From positions 2,084 through 66,083 of the forward strand of contig CAXTJM010000018.1 of assembly GCA_964244585.1 (NCBI GenBank): DNA of 64,000 nucleotides. Direction: 5' to 3'. Below the pieces are notes generated by a model, which did not search any database, was not told the origin of the DNA, and saw only the letters and a program-made list of their open reading frames with translations. A program made the position numbers and the translations under genes. The DNA comes from an uncultured Acetobacteraceae bacterium (lineage in GTDB: Bacteria; Pseudomonadota; Alphaproteobacteria; Acetobacterales; Acetobacteraceae). Each line of letters begins with the position of its first letter. Positions within the stretch are counted from its first letter, which is position 1. This document shows positions 26,918 to 35,396 of this stretch, piece after piece.

Positions 26918-28801
26918 ATGGACGGCACGGCCTTCGAGCCGCTCGGGATATTGCTGCAACGCTTCCTGGTGGAGCGGCCAGTCGATCGGCGTCCCCTGTA
27001 TTGGAGCGCCGCAGCTGGACACCCCGCCGCGACCACGCAGCCCAGGGTAACCTGTCGAGCCGACAGCCTGGTCGTGACACAGGGGACCATCCTCAGCTTC
27101 GACACGTATTTCAACAGCTTCTTCGAAGCACACTGGCGCCGGCACACGTCGCTCGGCGCCGTCGTGCTCCGGCTGGTGGTGCAAGGCGCTGGTATGCTGA
27201 GGGTGTTCCGCCGCGCCGTGGGCCGCAAGGTCTTGGTGCACGAACAGCCGCTCGACGCCGACCACGTCACAATCAGGCTGCCGAACGAGGCGGTGACGTT
27301 CCGCCAGTATGGCACGCTCTGCGTGGAGTTGGAGGCGGACAGGTCAGACCTCGTCTTCGTCGCCGGCGGCTGGTGGAGCGACGCGCCGGCCCCGGCGGAT
27401 GTCGGTCTGGCCGCCGTGTTCTGCACGTTCGGCCGGGAGGCCGAGATCACCCGGCTTGTGGGCACGGTGGCAAACGATGCGGAAGCCGCGGCAACGCTGG
27501 CGCGGCTCATCGTCGTCAACCAGGGCAAGCCGGGCCTGGCCGGCCATCCAGTGATGCAGGACGCCGCCTTGTCCCTGGGCATGAAGCTTGCGGTCGTGGA
27601 GCAAGGCAATTTCGGCGGCGCCGGCGGGTTCGGTCGCGGCATTTTGGCTGCACTGGATGATCCGGCAGCGACGCATGCGGTGCTGCTCGACGACGACATC
27701 CTGATCGAACCGGACAGCCTGCTGCGGATGGCCGCTTTCTTCGCCTTCTGCCGCCGCGACATGGTGGTGGGCGGCCACATGCTCGACCTGGTGCAGCCAA
27801 ACCTGCTCTACGAGGCCGGCGCCGTCGTGTCGGACCGGCATTGGGAGTTCAAGCCGCAGCACCATGGTCTTGCACTGGACGAACCGTCCGCCCTTGAGAC
27901 CCTCGCGAGGCCGGGCGCTGTCCACTACAATGGCTGGTGGTGCTGCGGCTTTCCCCTGGCGATCGTGGAGGAGTACGGTATGCCGCTGCCGTGCTTCATC
28001 CGCGGCGACGACGTGGAGTTCGGCCTGCGGCTGCACATGAACGGCATCCCGACGGTATCGATGCCCGGCATCGCCGTGTGGCACGAACCGTTCTACCTCA
28101 AGCTCGGCGCGTGGCAGCCTTTCTACGAGACGCGCAACCTGCTGATCGCTGCCTCGCTCCACCTGGCGCCGAGCCGTTCGGGTGCGGTGCGCCGGATCGG
28201 ACGGCAATTCGTGGTAAACCTGCTGACCTTCCGTTACTACACTGCGGCCCTCATGCTGGCGGCGATCGAGGATTTCCTTCGTGGGCCCGGCAAAATGCAT
28301 GATAATCCGGCCGAGCTGCATGCAAGCCTGGCAGCGTTCCGCATCGCGTATCCGCCACGGACGACCCGGCGGGAGACAGTGTTGGAGCCGCAGATTCTGC
28401 GCCGCAGCCCGCGCACCCGGTTCGCCTGCATCGCCTTGCTCGTATACCTCACGCTCCGGAATGCCGTTGTCCCGACGGGAACGACGGTCGCCAAGACGCT
28501 CGATGTGGCCGACCTGAATTGGCTCACGATGCGGGATGTCGAACACATCGCGATCGAGCGCTGGTGGGATGACGAGCTGCCGACCGTCCGCCGGTCGCGC
28601 GAACATCATCGTGCCCTGCTGCGCCGGGCCATCTCGGTTCTATCCCGTCTGTATCGCGACCTTCCGGCGATGGCGGCGGCGTGGCGGAGCGAAGTGCCAG
28701 TGCTCACATCGCAAGCTTTTTGGCGCAGCTACCTTGGGGTGCCAAGCCGGGGCGGCGTCATGTCGGGCGAACCCACGGCCCCGGTCACGTCAGACGCTTG
28801 A
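26918..28801 (+). CDS. GlfT2-like galactofuranosyltransferase (GT2)
   Basis: SFDTYFNSF...HWRRHT N-domain, NFGGAGGFGRG, LLDDDILIEPDSL, YNGWWCC, LPCFIRGDDVEFGLR; coupled to glf. Confidence 0.85.
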   Translation: MDGTAFEPLGILLQRFLVERPVDRRPLYWSAAAGHPAATTQPRVTCRADSLVVTQGTILSFDTYFNSFFEAHWRRHTSLGAVVLRLVVQGAGMLRVFRRAVGRKVLVHEQPLDADHVTIRLPNEAVTFRQYGTLCVELEADRSDLVFVAGGWWSDAPAPADVGLAAVFCTFGREAEITRLVGTVANDAEAAATLARLIVVNQGKPGLAGHPVMQDAALSLGMKLAVVEQGNFGGAGGFGRGILAALDDPAATHAVLLDDDILIEPDSLLRMAAFFAFCRRDMVVGGHMLDLVQPNLLYEAGAVVSDRHWEFKPQHHGLALDEPSALETLARPGAVHYNGWWCCGFPLAIVEEYGMPLPCFIRGDDVEFGLRLHMNGIPTVSMPGIAVWHEPFYLKLGAWQPFYETRNLLIAASLHLAPSRSGAVRRIGRQFVVNLLTFRYYTAALMLAAIEDFLRGPGKMHDNPAELHASLAAFRIAYPPRTTRRETVLEPQILRRSPRTRFACIALLVYLTLRNAVVPTGTTVAKTLDVADLNWLTMRDVEHIAIERWWDDELPTVRRSREHHRALLRRAISVLSRLYRDLPAMAAAWRSEVPVLTSQAFWRSYLGVPSRGGVMSGEPTAPVTSDA

Positions 28802-29973
28802 GCCTCCTCCCTGAACCGTCGCGCGTGGGCCGGCCGGAGCCTGTCGCGCCGTTCGACTGGCTGGTCGTCGGGGCCGGGTTCGCCGGTGCGACGCTGGCCG
28901 GACAACTCGCCCGTGTGCGGGGCGACCGCGTGCTTGTGGTGGATCGGCGCGACCATGTCGGCGGCAACGCCTACGACGAGTACGATGCGGCGGGCGTTCT
29001 GGTGCATCGCTACGGTCCACACATCTTCCACACGAATTCCTCCGCGGTTTTCGAGTACCTGTCCGCGTTCACGGAGTGGCGGTTCTACGAACACCGCGTC
29101 TTGGGCCGAGTGGATGGTATGCTGTTGCCCATCCCGATCAACCTCGACACGGTCAACCGGCTATACGGTCTGGACCTGAACGGCGCGCAGCTTGAAGCAT
29201 GGTTCGCTGCGCGCGCGGAACCCGTCGACGTCGTTTGTACCTCCGAGGATGTCGTCGTCTCGCGCATCGGACGAGCGCTGTACGAGAAGTTCTTCCGTGC
29301 CTACACGCGCAAGCAATGGGGATTGGACCCCTCGCAGCTCGATAAGTCGGTCACAGCGCGCGTGCCCATTCGGACTGATCGGGACGACCGCTACTTCACC
29401 GACGCCTTTCAGTTCATGCCGCTGCACGGATACACCGCGATGTTCGAGCGGATGTTGCAGCATCCGAACATCGAGGTACGCGTCGGGACGGAACACGGCG
29501 CCGTGCGAGGGCTGGGGCGGCGCACCATCTGGACCGGGCCGGTGGACGAGTATTTCGGCCATTGCTACGGCAAGCTGCCCTACCGCTCGCTCCGGTTCCG
29601 CCATGAGACGGTGGCGCAGGCGCAGTTCCAACCGGTCGGAACGGTGAATTACCCGCAGGACGAGGAATTCACCCGCATCACCGAGTACAAGCACCTGACC
29701 GGGCAGGTCTGCGACGTCACCAGCCTGACCTACGAGTATCCAGCCGCGGACGGCGACCCGTACTATCCCGTGCTGAGGCCGGAGACGCAACTCATGTACA
29801 GGCAGTACGAGGCACGAGCCGACGCGGAAGCAGACACTTGGTTCGTTGGGCGGCTGGCGACGTACCGGTATTTGAATATGGACCAGGTCGTGGGCCAGGC
29901 GCTTGCCACGTTCCGTCGCATTCAGGCCAGCGTGGCAACGGCGTCGAACCCGCACCCACCGGTCGCGCGTTGA
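28798..29973 (+). CDS. glf: UDP-galactopyranose mutase
   Basis: VVGAGFAG, GGNAYD, HRYGPHIFHT, YTRKQWG, FTRITEYKH, GDPYYP, GRLATYRYLNMDQ; TTGA overlap with the transferase gene. Confidence 0.96.
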   Translation: MSLLPEPSRVGRPEPVAPFDWLVVGAGFAGATLAGQLARVRGDRVLVVDRRDHVGGNAYDEYDAAGVLVHRYGPHIFHTNSSAVFEYLSAFTEWRFYEHRVLGRVDGMLLPIPINLDTVNRLYGLDLNGAQLEAWFAARAEPVDVVCTSEDVVVSRIGRALYEKFFRAYTRKQWGLDPSQLDKSVTARVPIRTDRDDRYFTDAFQFMPLHGYTAMFERMLQHPNIEVRVGTEHGAVRGLGRRTIWTGPVDEYFGHCYGKLPYRSLRFRHETVAQAQFQPVGTVNYPQDEEFTRITEYKHLTGQVCDVTSLTYEYPAADGDPYYPVLRPETQLMYRQYEARADAEADTWFVGRLATYRYLNMDQVVGQALATFRRIQASVATASNPHPPVAR

Positions 29974-30136
29974 AGGCCCGTGCCGGCGCATGATTCGGGC
30001 GACGTGCCGTTGGACTGTGGAAGTGGCGCGCGGAGCATAGCTGCCCAGCCGTGTCGACACCCCCCTCATCCAAACAGGATTTGTCGGCGGGGCCTCCGCT
30101 TCCCCATACTGCCGACAAAATTGGGGAGCAGCCGTC

Positions 30137-30985
30137 ATGCCCGTTATCGCCGTCATCGCGCCCGGCGCCATGGGCGCCGCAGTGGGTGCGCGCCTCGTCG
30201 AGCACGGCGCCGAGGTATGGACCTTGCTGGCCAGCCGCAGCCAGGCGAGCGCGGCGCGGGCGGAAAAGGCCGGAATGCGGGACGTCGATCTGCGTCAGCT
30301 CGGCGAAGCGGAGATCATCCTCTCCATCGTGCCGCCTGGGGAGGCGATGGCGCTGGCCCGGTCTGTGGCGCCGGTGCTGCGCGATGCGGCGCGCAAGCCG
30401 GTCTACGCCGACTGCAATGCCGTCAGCCCGCAGACTGCCGCGGCCATCGCGGCGGACATCAGCGCGACGGGAACCCGCTTCGTCGATGCCGGCATCATCG
30501 GCGGGCCGCCAAAATCGGGTACGCCCGGGCCAATGATCTACACCTCCGGCCCGGACGCAGCTGCGCTCGATGTGCTGGCGCGGCACGGCCTACGGGTAAG
30601 CGACCTGAATGGCGACTTAGGCGCCGCGTCCGGCCTGAAGATGAGCTATGCCGGGATCACCAAGGGCCTGACGGCACTCGGCTCGGCCATGATGCTGGCC
30701 GCCACACGGTTTGGGGCCGCTCCGGCGCTCGCGGCCGAACTCGCCGCCAGTCAGCCTGACCTGCTCAGATACCTCGGCCGCTCGGTGCCCGACATGTATC
30801 CGAAGGCCTATCGCTGGGTGGCCGAGATGCAGGAGATCGCGGCCTTCGCCGGCGAGGATGCGGCGACACGCGATATCTATGCCGCCATCGCTGCGCTTTA
30901 CCAAGGGTTCGCACGGGATGCGGCCGGGCCGAGGACGGACGTCGGTGCGCTCGATGCTTTTCTGCGCACCGGCCTGGCGAGTTGA
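30137..30985 (+). CDS. NAD(P)-dependent oxidoreductase (6PGDH/HIBADH NAD-binding + DUF1932)
   Basis: IAPGAMG, DCNAVSP, DAGIIGGPP, ASGLKMSYAGITKG, KAYRWVAEMQEIA. Confidence 0.88.
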   Translation: MPVIAVIAPGAMGAAVGARLVEHGAEVWTLLASRSQASAARAEKAGMRDVDLRQLGEAEIILSIVPPGEAMALARSVAPVLRDAARKPVYADCNAVSPQTAAAIAADISATGTRFVDAGIIGGPPKSGTPGPMIYTSGPDAAALDVLARHGLRVSDLNGDLGAASGLKMSYAGITKGLTALGSAMMLAATRFGAAPALAAELAASQPDLLRYLGRSVPDMYPKAYRWVAEMQEIAAFAGEDAATRDIYAAIAALYQGFARDAAGPRTDVGALDAFLRTGLAS

Positions 30986-31028
30986 GGTGGAGACTGGTAG
31001 CTGACGCGCGTCTTTCTGAGAGGCACCC

Positions 31029-31277
31029 ATGGCCACGTCGCTGCCGGACCGACTATCCACAGATCCCAGGAGCCCGCACTACGATGCCGCCGTGCTGGAG
31101 CGCGAGGTGGGCATCCGTCTCAACGGCGCGGAGAAGACCACGGTGCAGGAATACTGCGTCAGCGAGGGTTGGGTCCGGATCACGGTTGGCAAGACGGTCG
31201 ACCGGAAAGGAAGCCCGCTGACCATGAAGCTCAGCGGGACGGTGGAGCCTTATTTCCGCGACGAGGAGGCAAGATAG
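31029..31277 (+). CDS. DUF3297 family protein
   Basis: PDRLSTDPRSPHY...GIRLNG.EKT.V.EYCVSEGWVR...G.VEPY. Confidence 0.85.
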   Translation: MATSLPDRLSTDPRSPHYDAAVLEREVGIRLNGAEKTTVQEYCVSEGWVRITVGKTVDRKGSPLTMKLSGTVEPYFRDEEAR

Positions 31278-31365
31278 GGGCTAGCCCACCTCTCGGCCCC
31301 TCTCGCCGTTCCTGTCCAAGCTGGCAGTTGACTTGTCGTGCGCCTCCTGGTTCGGCCCTGAGTGC

Positions 31366-31408
31366 ATTGGCCGCTTCGGGGTTTGATCCCCGGGGGTGAC
31401 GCGGCCGG
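31366..31408. terminator. Hairpin between convergent DUF3297 and DUF1499 genes
   Basis: GGCCGC...CGGGG-TTTGAT-CCCCG...GCGGCC nested stem. Confidence 0.4.
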
Positions 31409-31423
31409 ACGCCGGCACCCTGC

Positions 31424-31933
31424 TTACGGTGCTGTGGGCACGGTGCCGAACCGTTCGGTGAGTTCCTGGATCAGGCTGCTGACGCGGTTCTTGTTGACGG
31501 CGATGAACGGGACCACGTCGTACCGGCTGCGCGAGAGGATGACCACCTTGCTCGTGGCGCCATCCACCGGCAACGCCTGGACCACGACCGCGTCCGGCAA
31601 GTTCAGGAAGGCACTGCGCACGATGAAGGAGTCCTGCAACACCCCGGGATGTTCGCTCGTGACCCATGTTCGGGGCTTGGCCAGGAGGATGTCCCGTATG
31701 GCCATGAGGATCTGAGGTGCCGCGGCGCGGAAGGTCGGCGTGACGAGTGTCGGCGCGGGCGTCCAACCCGCTGGCGCACCCAGCGCGGCGCTGCCGTCGA
31801 CCTTGCCGATGTCGGCGTGCATGTCGACGGCCGGCAGTGAGGACACATCCAGGTCCGGCGGCCCCTTGACGCCGCAGGCTGCCACGGGGAGGCAGGTCAG
31901 GATGACGATTGCGGCCTTGCGGGAGAGAAGCAT
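31424..31933 (-). CDS. DUF1499-like lipoprotein
   Basis: Lipobox VAAC; FIVRSAFLNLPD...ILSRSRY...NKNRV..LI; start reset to MLLSRK. Confidence 0.7.
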   Translation of the reverse strand: MLLSRKAAIVILTCLPVAACGVKGPPDLDVSSLPAVDMHADIGKVDGSAALGAPAGWTPAPTLVTPTFRAAAPQILMAIRDILLAKPRTWVTSEHPGVLQDSFIVRSAFLNLPDAVVVQALPVDGATSKVVILSRSRYDVVPFIAVNKNRVSSLIQELTERFGTVPTAP

Positions 31934-32020
31934 GTCGTCTGATTGCCCTATTGCGGCGGGACCGCAAGCTCCGATGACCCGGTGCAGGGTAGACCGTGCG
32001 CGCATGATGGCGGCTGCGCG

Positions 32021-32395
32021 GTGACGACCGCCCTCGACCAGCTTGGCATCTTCTTCACCCCCTACGCCTGGCTCGGGCATGTGCTGCTCGGCACGGGCAT
32101 CCAGGCTGTTGTCGCCATGCCGCTCCAACTGGCCCGCATCCGGGCAGCCTGGTGGATCGGCGGTGCGGTGTCCGCAGGCTTCTGGTGGGGCCGCAAGAAG
32201 ATGGAATATGAATTCGCGCTGAAGGCGGCGGCAGGATTGCACCCGGTCGGACCGTTTTGGTGGCGAGGCTGGCTCCCTTTCGAGTGGGGAGCACAGCGCG
32301 CGTGGGACTTCATCGCGCCGACGCTGGTGGCGCTGCTGATTGCGGCATTGATGGACCGGCGGCGCCGGAGCGGTCCCGCAGCACCACGGTCGTAG
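32021..32395 (+). CDS. Trp-rich membrane protein of unknown function, resembling a prophage-associated family
   Basis: H.L...IQ...W.IG...FWWGR...E...WWRGWLPFEW...WDFIAP; three hydrophobic segments; start uncertain. Confidence 0.6.
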   Translation: MTTALDQLGIFFTPYAWLGHVLLGTGIQAVVAMPLQLARIRAAWWIGGAVSAGFWWGRKKMEYEFALKAAAGLHPVGPFWWRGWLPFEWGAQRAWDFIAPTLVALLIAALMDRRRRSGPAAPRS

Positions 32396-32510
32396 CAGCG
32401 TGCGCGGCCTTCAGCACCGTTCCGCCAGCACTATCGATCAGACTGTGGGTTCACCGTTCGCTGGACGCAGCCGGAGGGATCTGGGCGCTTCAGAGCATTC
32501 CATACGGCGG

Positions 32511-32586
32511 TGGTGGAGCTGAGGGGAATCGAACCCCTGACCTCCTCATTGCGAACGAGGCGCTCTACCAACTGAGCTACAGCCCC
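32511..32586 (-). tRNA. tRNA-Ala(CGC)
   Basis: GGGGCTG acceptor, CCTCG-TT-CGC-AA-TGAGG anticodon arm, GGTTCGATTCC, encoded CCA; 76 nt. Confidence 0.97.
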
Positions 32587-32601
32587 GCCGTGCGGTGGTG
32601 G

Positions 32602-32630
32602 CATATGCCGAGCGCGGCCGGGCGAGTCAA
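32602..32630 (-). promoter_or_regulatory. Putative sigma70 promoter for tRNA-Ala
   Basis: Minus strand TTGACT-N17-CATATG, 15 nt upstream of the tRNA. Confidence 0.45.
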
Positions 32631-32643
32631 GTTGGACGGATGC

Positions 32644-33846
32644 TCAGTAGGTTTCGCAGTGGAACCGCCCCTCCTCCCGCATCGTGTCCCGGGTGGCCAG
32701 CCAGTCGCCTCCGCGGGCACGCATGATCTCCGTCAGCGCCGCCTCCACCCCGTCCTCCAGGCCGCGTAGCCCGCAGATATAGAGGTGGAGGCCGGGCTGG
32801 CCGAGCAGGGCGGCCAGCTCCCCGGGCTGGGCACGCATGCGGTCCTGGACGTACTCGCGTCGCGCACCGGGCAGCCGGGAATACACCAGTTCCTGTCGCA
32901 ACAGCGTCGGCGCCAGCTTTCGCAGCGGACCGAAATACGGCAGCTCGTCCGGGGATCGGGCGCCGAAATACAGATGCAGGCGGCCCCGCCCATTCGGGCT
33001 GGCGCGGCGGCGGCGCTCCGTAAAGCCGCGGAAAGGTGCGGCGCCCGTGCCGGTGCAGATCATCAGGATGTCGGCATCGGGGTCGTCCGGCATCAGGAAG
33101 GTCGACCCGAACGGGCCGATCACCGGCACCTTGGACCCGAGCGGCAGGTCGCACAGCCAATTGGAGGCGATGCCGCGAAACTCCCCCTCCGGCCGGCTTT
33201 CCACCACGCGCTTGACGGTGAGGGCGAGGTTGTTGGTGTTCGGCCGCTCCCCGTCGCGCGCGCTCGCGATTGAATACAGCCGCATCGCATGCGGCCGTCC
33301 TGCCGCATCGCCGCCCGGCGGAACCAGGCCGATGCTTTGCCCCTCCAGCACGGGAAACGCGACGGCGCCGAAATCCAGGATGATGTGACGCACGTCGGAT
33401 GACGCGCCGGACGCGGTGATGCGGAAATTCCCAGCCACCGTCGCCATGGCGGGACCGGCGCGGTTGAACAGGTTGACGCGCGGCTTGCTTGCGGTCGCCG
33501 GCGCCCGGGCCCGGCCGCCGGCGCCGCGATGGGCATCGTCCAGCAGGGCCGCCGCCTCGTCTTCCAAGGCGTCCAACGCCGCGGCAGGTTCCGGTGGCAG
33601 TTCCAGCCAGCCGAACTGCTCTTGCAGCGAGAAGGGCTGCTGGATGGCGAACCAGTGGTCGATCGATCCGGTCGGGCAAGGCGACACGCAATCCATGCAG
33701 AAATTGCACTTCGCCGGGTCCACGACGTAGTTGTTGTCGTCATGGGTGATCGCGTCGACCGGGCAGGTCGCCTCGCAGGTATTGCACCGGATGCAGACTT
33801 CCGGGTCGATGAGGTGCTGCTTGCGAGCCTCCGTCGTCACGCCCAT
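32644..33846 (-). CDS. boxA: Benzoyl-CoA 2,3-epoxidase reductase subunit BoxA
   Basis: KQHLIDPEVCIRCNTCEATCP and CNFCMDC..PCP (2x[4Fe-4S]), RLYSIAS, MICTGTGAAPF, YICGL, ends ETY. Confidence 0.95.
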   Translation of the reverse strand: MGVTTEARKQHLIDPEVCIRCNTCEATCPVDAITHDDNNYVVDPAKCNFCMDCVSPCPTGSIDHWFAIQQPFSLQEQFGWLELPPEPAAALDALEDEAAALLDDAHRGAGGRARAPATASKPRVNLFNRAGPAMATVAGNFRITASGASSDVRHIILDFGAVAFPVLEGQSIGLVPPGGDAAGRPHAMRLYSIASARDGERPNTNNLALTVKRVVESRPEGEFRGIASNWLCDLPLGSKVPVIGPFGSTFLMPDDPDADILMICTGTGAAPFRGFTERRRRASPNGRGRLHLYFGARSPDELPYFGPLRKLAPTLLRQELVYSRLPGARREYVQDRMRAQPGELAALLGQPGLHLYICGLRGLEDGVEAALTEIMRARGGDWLATRDTMREEGRFHCETY

Positions 33847-33928
33847 GCGTCTGCCCGGAAGACTGCAGCGGTCCTCGTCCCACCTTCCGCGGAAGGGAGC
33901 GGGCTTGCCATGATGGAGGCGACCACCA

Positions 33929-35386
33929 TCACGCCACGATCTGCACGTATTCGAAATCGCCGGATTTGTTGTCGATGCCGACGCGGGGCGGTGCGATCCA
34001 GCCGGCGAACTTGCCGGGTGCGGCTTCGGCCACCATCAGGCTGGTGATGAACCCGGCATCGCCGTCATCCGGCAGCACGGCGGGCTTCAGCGCCGCCCAG
34101 TCCGTCTCCGACAACAGCGTGCCGCTTTCATCGGCATGGACGGAGGCGAATTCACCGATGGCGCGGTTGAACGCCACGTGCGGCAGCCGCAGTTGGAAGG
34201 CAAAGCCGGCCTTCTCGATCACCCGGTTCCACCGCGTGACGCCGGACAGGCAATCCTTCACGTAGTCGTCGCGCAGCCGCATGTTCAGCGCGGACAGGGC
34301 GGGCACGGCCTCCTCCACCAGCACGCCGTCGCGGCAGCGCAGCACCGGGTAGGTCGCCTCCCGCAGCAGGTGATCGTCCTCCAGCTTGTCCTCGCGGTAG
34401 CGGCCCTTGATGCCGCTGTCGAAGGCATTGGCAGCGTTGGTGCTGATCTCGTTGCCGAACAGATCCAGCGTCAACGAGAAATGCAGGTTCATCTTCTTCT
34501 GGATGGTGGGCAGGTCGATCACGCCCAAGGCCCGCACGGCGGCGATGTCGGACGGGTCGGTGATCCCGGCCTCCTTCATGGCCTGGCACGTCCGCTCCAC
34601 CACGCGCTGCACGCCGCTGTCGCCCACGAACATGTGGTGCGCCTCCTCCGTCAGCATGAAGCGGCAGGTGCGCGACAGCGGATCGAAGGCGGACTGCGCC
34701 AGCGCTTCCAACTGCATCTTGCCGTCGCGGTCGGTGAAGTAGGTGAACATGAAGAAGCTCAGCCAATCCGGCGTCGCCTCGTTGAAGGCTCCCAGCATGC
34801 GGGGCGTGTCGACGTTGCCGGAGCGGCGGCGCAGCAGGTCGTCCGCTTCCTCGCGGCCTTCCTTGCCGAAATATTTTTGCAGCAGGTAGACCATCGCCCA
34901 AAGATGGCGGCCTTCCTCCACGTTCACCTGGAACAGGTTACGCAGATCGTATAGCGACGGCGCCGTCTTGCCGAGATGGCGCTGCTGTTCCACCGACGCG
35001 GGTTCGGTATCGCCCTGGATGGTGATCAGACGGCGCAGCAGGGCGCGGTATTCGCCGGGAACCTCCTGCCATGCCGGCTCGCCCTTGTGCTTGCCGAACG
35101 GGATGGTCCGTCCTTCCACGGCCGGGGCCAGCAGCACGCCCCATTTGTATTCCGGCATCTTCACGTAGTCGAACTTGGCCCAACCTTTCGGGTCCACGCC
35201 GATCGCGGTGCGGAGATAGACCATGCTCTCCTGGAATCCGTCCGGGCCGGCATCTTTCCACCAGTCAATATAGCCCGGGTGCCAGCTCTCCAGCGCCTTG
35301 CGGACGCGCATGTCCTCGTTGAGCGAGACGTTGTTGGGGATCAGGCCGTCGTAATCAACGGCGATCGGGGTCATTCCATCTGGCAT
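33929..35386 (-). CDS. boxB: Benzoyl-CoA 2,3-epoxidase subunit BoxB (diiron)
   Basis: IPNNV, QGDTEPASVEQQ, VEEGRHLWAM, TDRDGK, LTEEAHHMFVG (two EExH motifs); AGGAGG RBS. Confidence 0.96.
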   Translation of the reverse strand: MPDGMTPIAVDYDGLIPNNVSLNEDMRVRKALESWHPGYIDWWKDAGPDGFQESMVYLRTAIGVDPKGWAKFDYVKMPEYKWGVLLAPAVEGRTIPFGKHKGEPAWQEVPGEYRALLRRLITIQGDTEPASVEQQRHLGKTAPSLYDLRNLFQVNVEEGRHLWAMVYLLQKYFGKEGREEADDLLRRRSGNVDTPRMLGAFNEATPDWLSFFMFTYFTDRDGKMQLEALAQSAFDPLSRTCRFMLTEEAHHMFVGDSGVQRVVERTCQAMKEAGITDPSDIAAVRALGVIDLPTIQKKMNLHFSLTLDLFGNEISTNAANAFDSGIKGRYREDKLEDDHLLREATYPVLRCRDGVLVEEAVPALSALNMRLRDDYVKDCLSGVTRWNRVIEKAGFAFQLRLPHVAFNRAIGEFASVHADESGTLLSETDWAALKPAVLPDDGDAGFITSLMVAEAAPGKFAGWIAPPRVGIDNKSGDFEYVQIVA

Positions 35387-35396
35387 AGGAGCCTCC

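Noticed and set aside
31280-31420. Possible sRNA (CCTCC-containing, cuckoo-like)
   Set aside because: Only one CCTCC and no repeated hairpin units; the stem is adequately explained as a bidirectional terminator.
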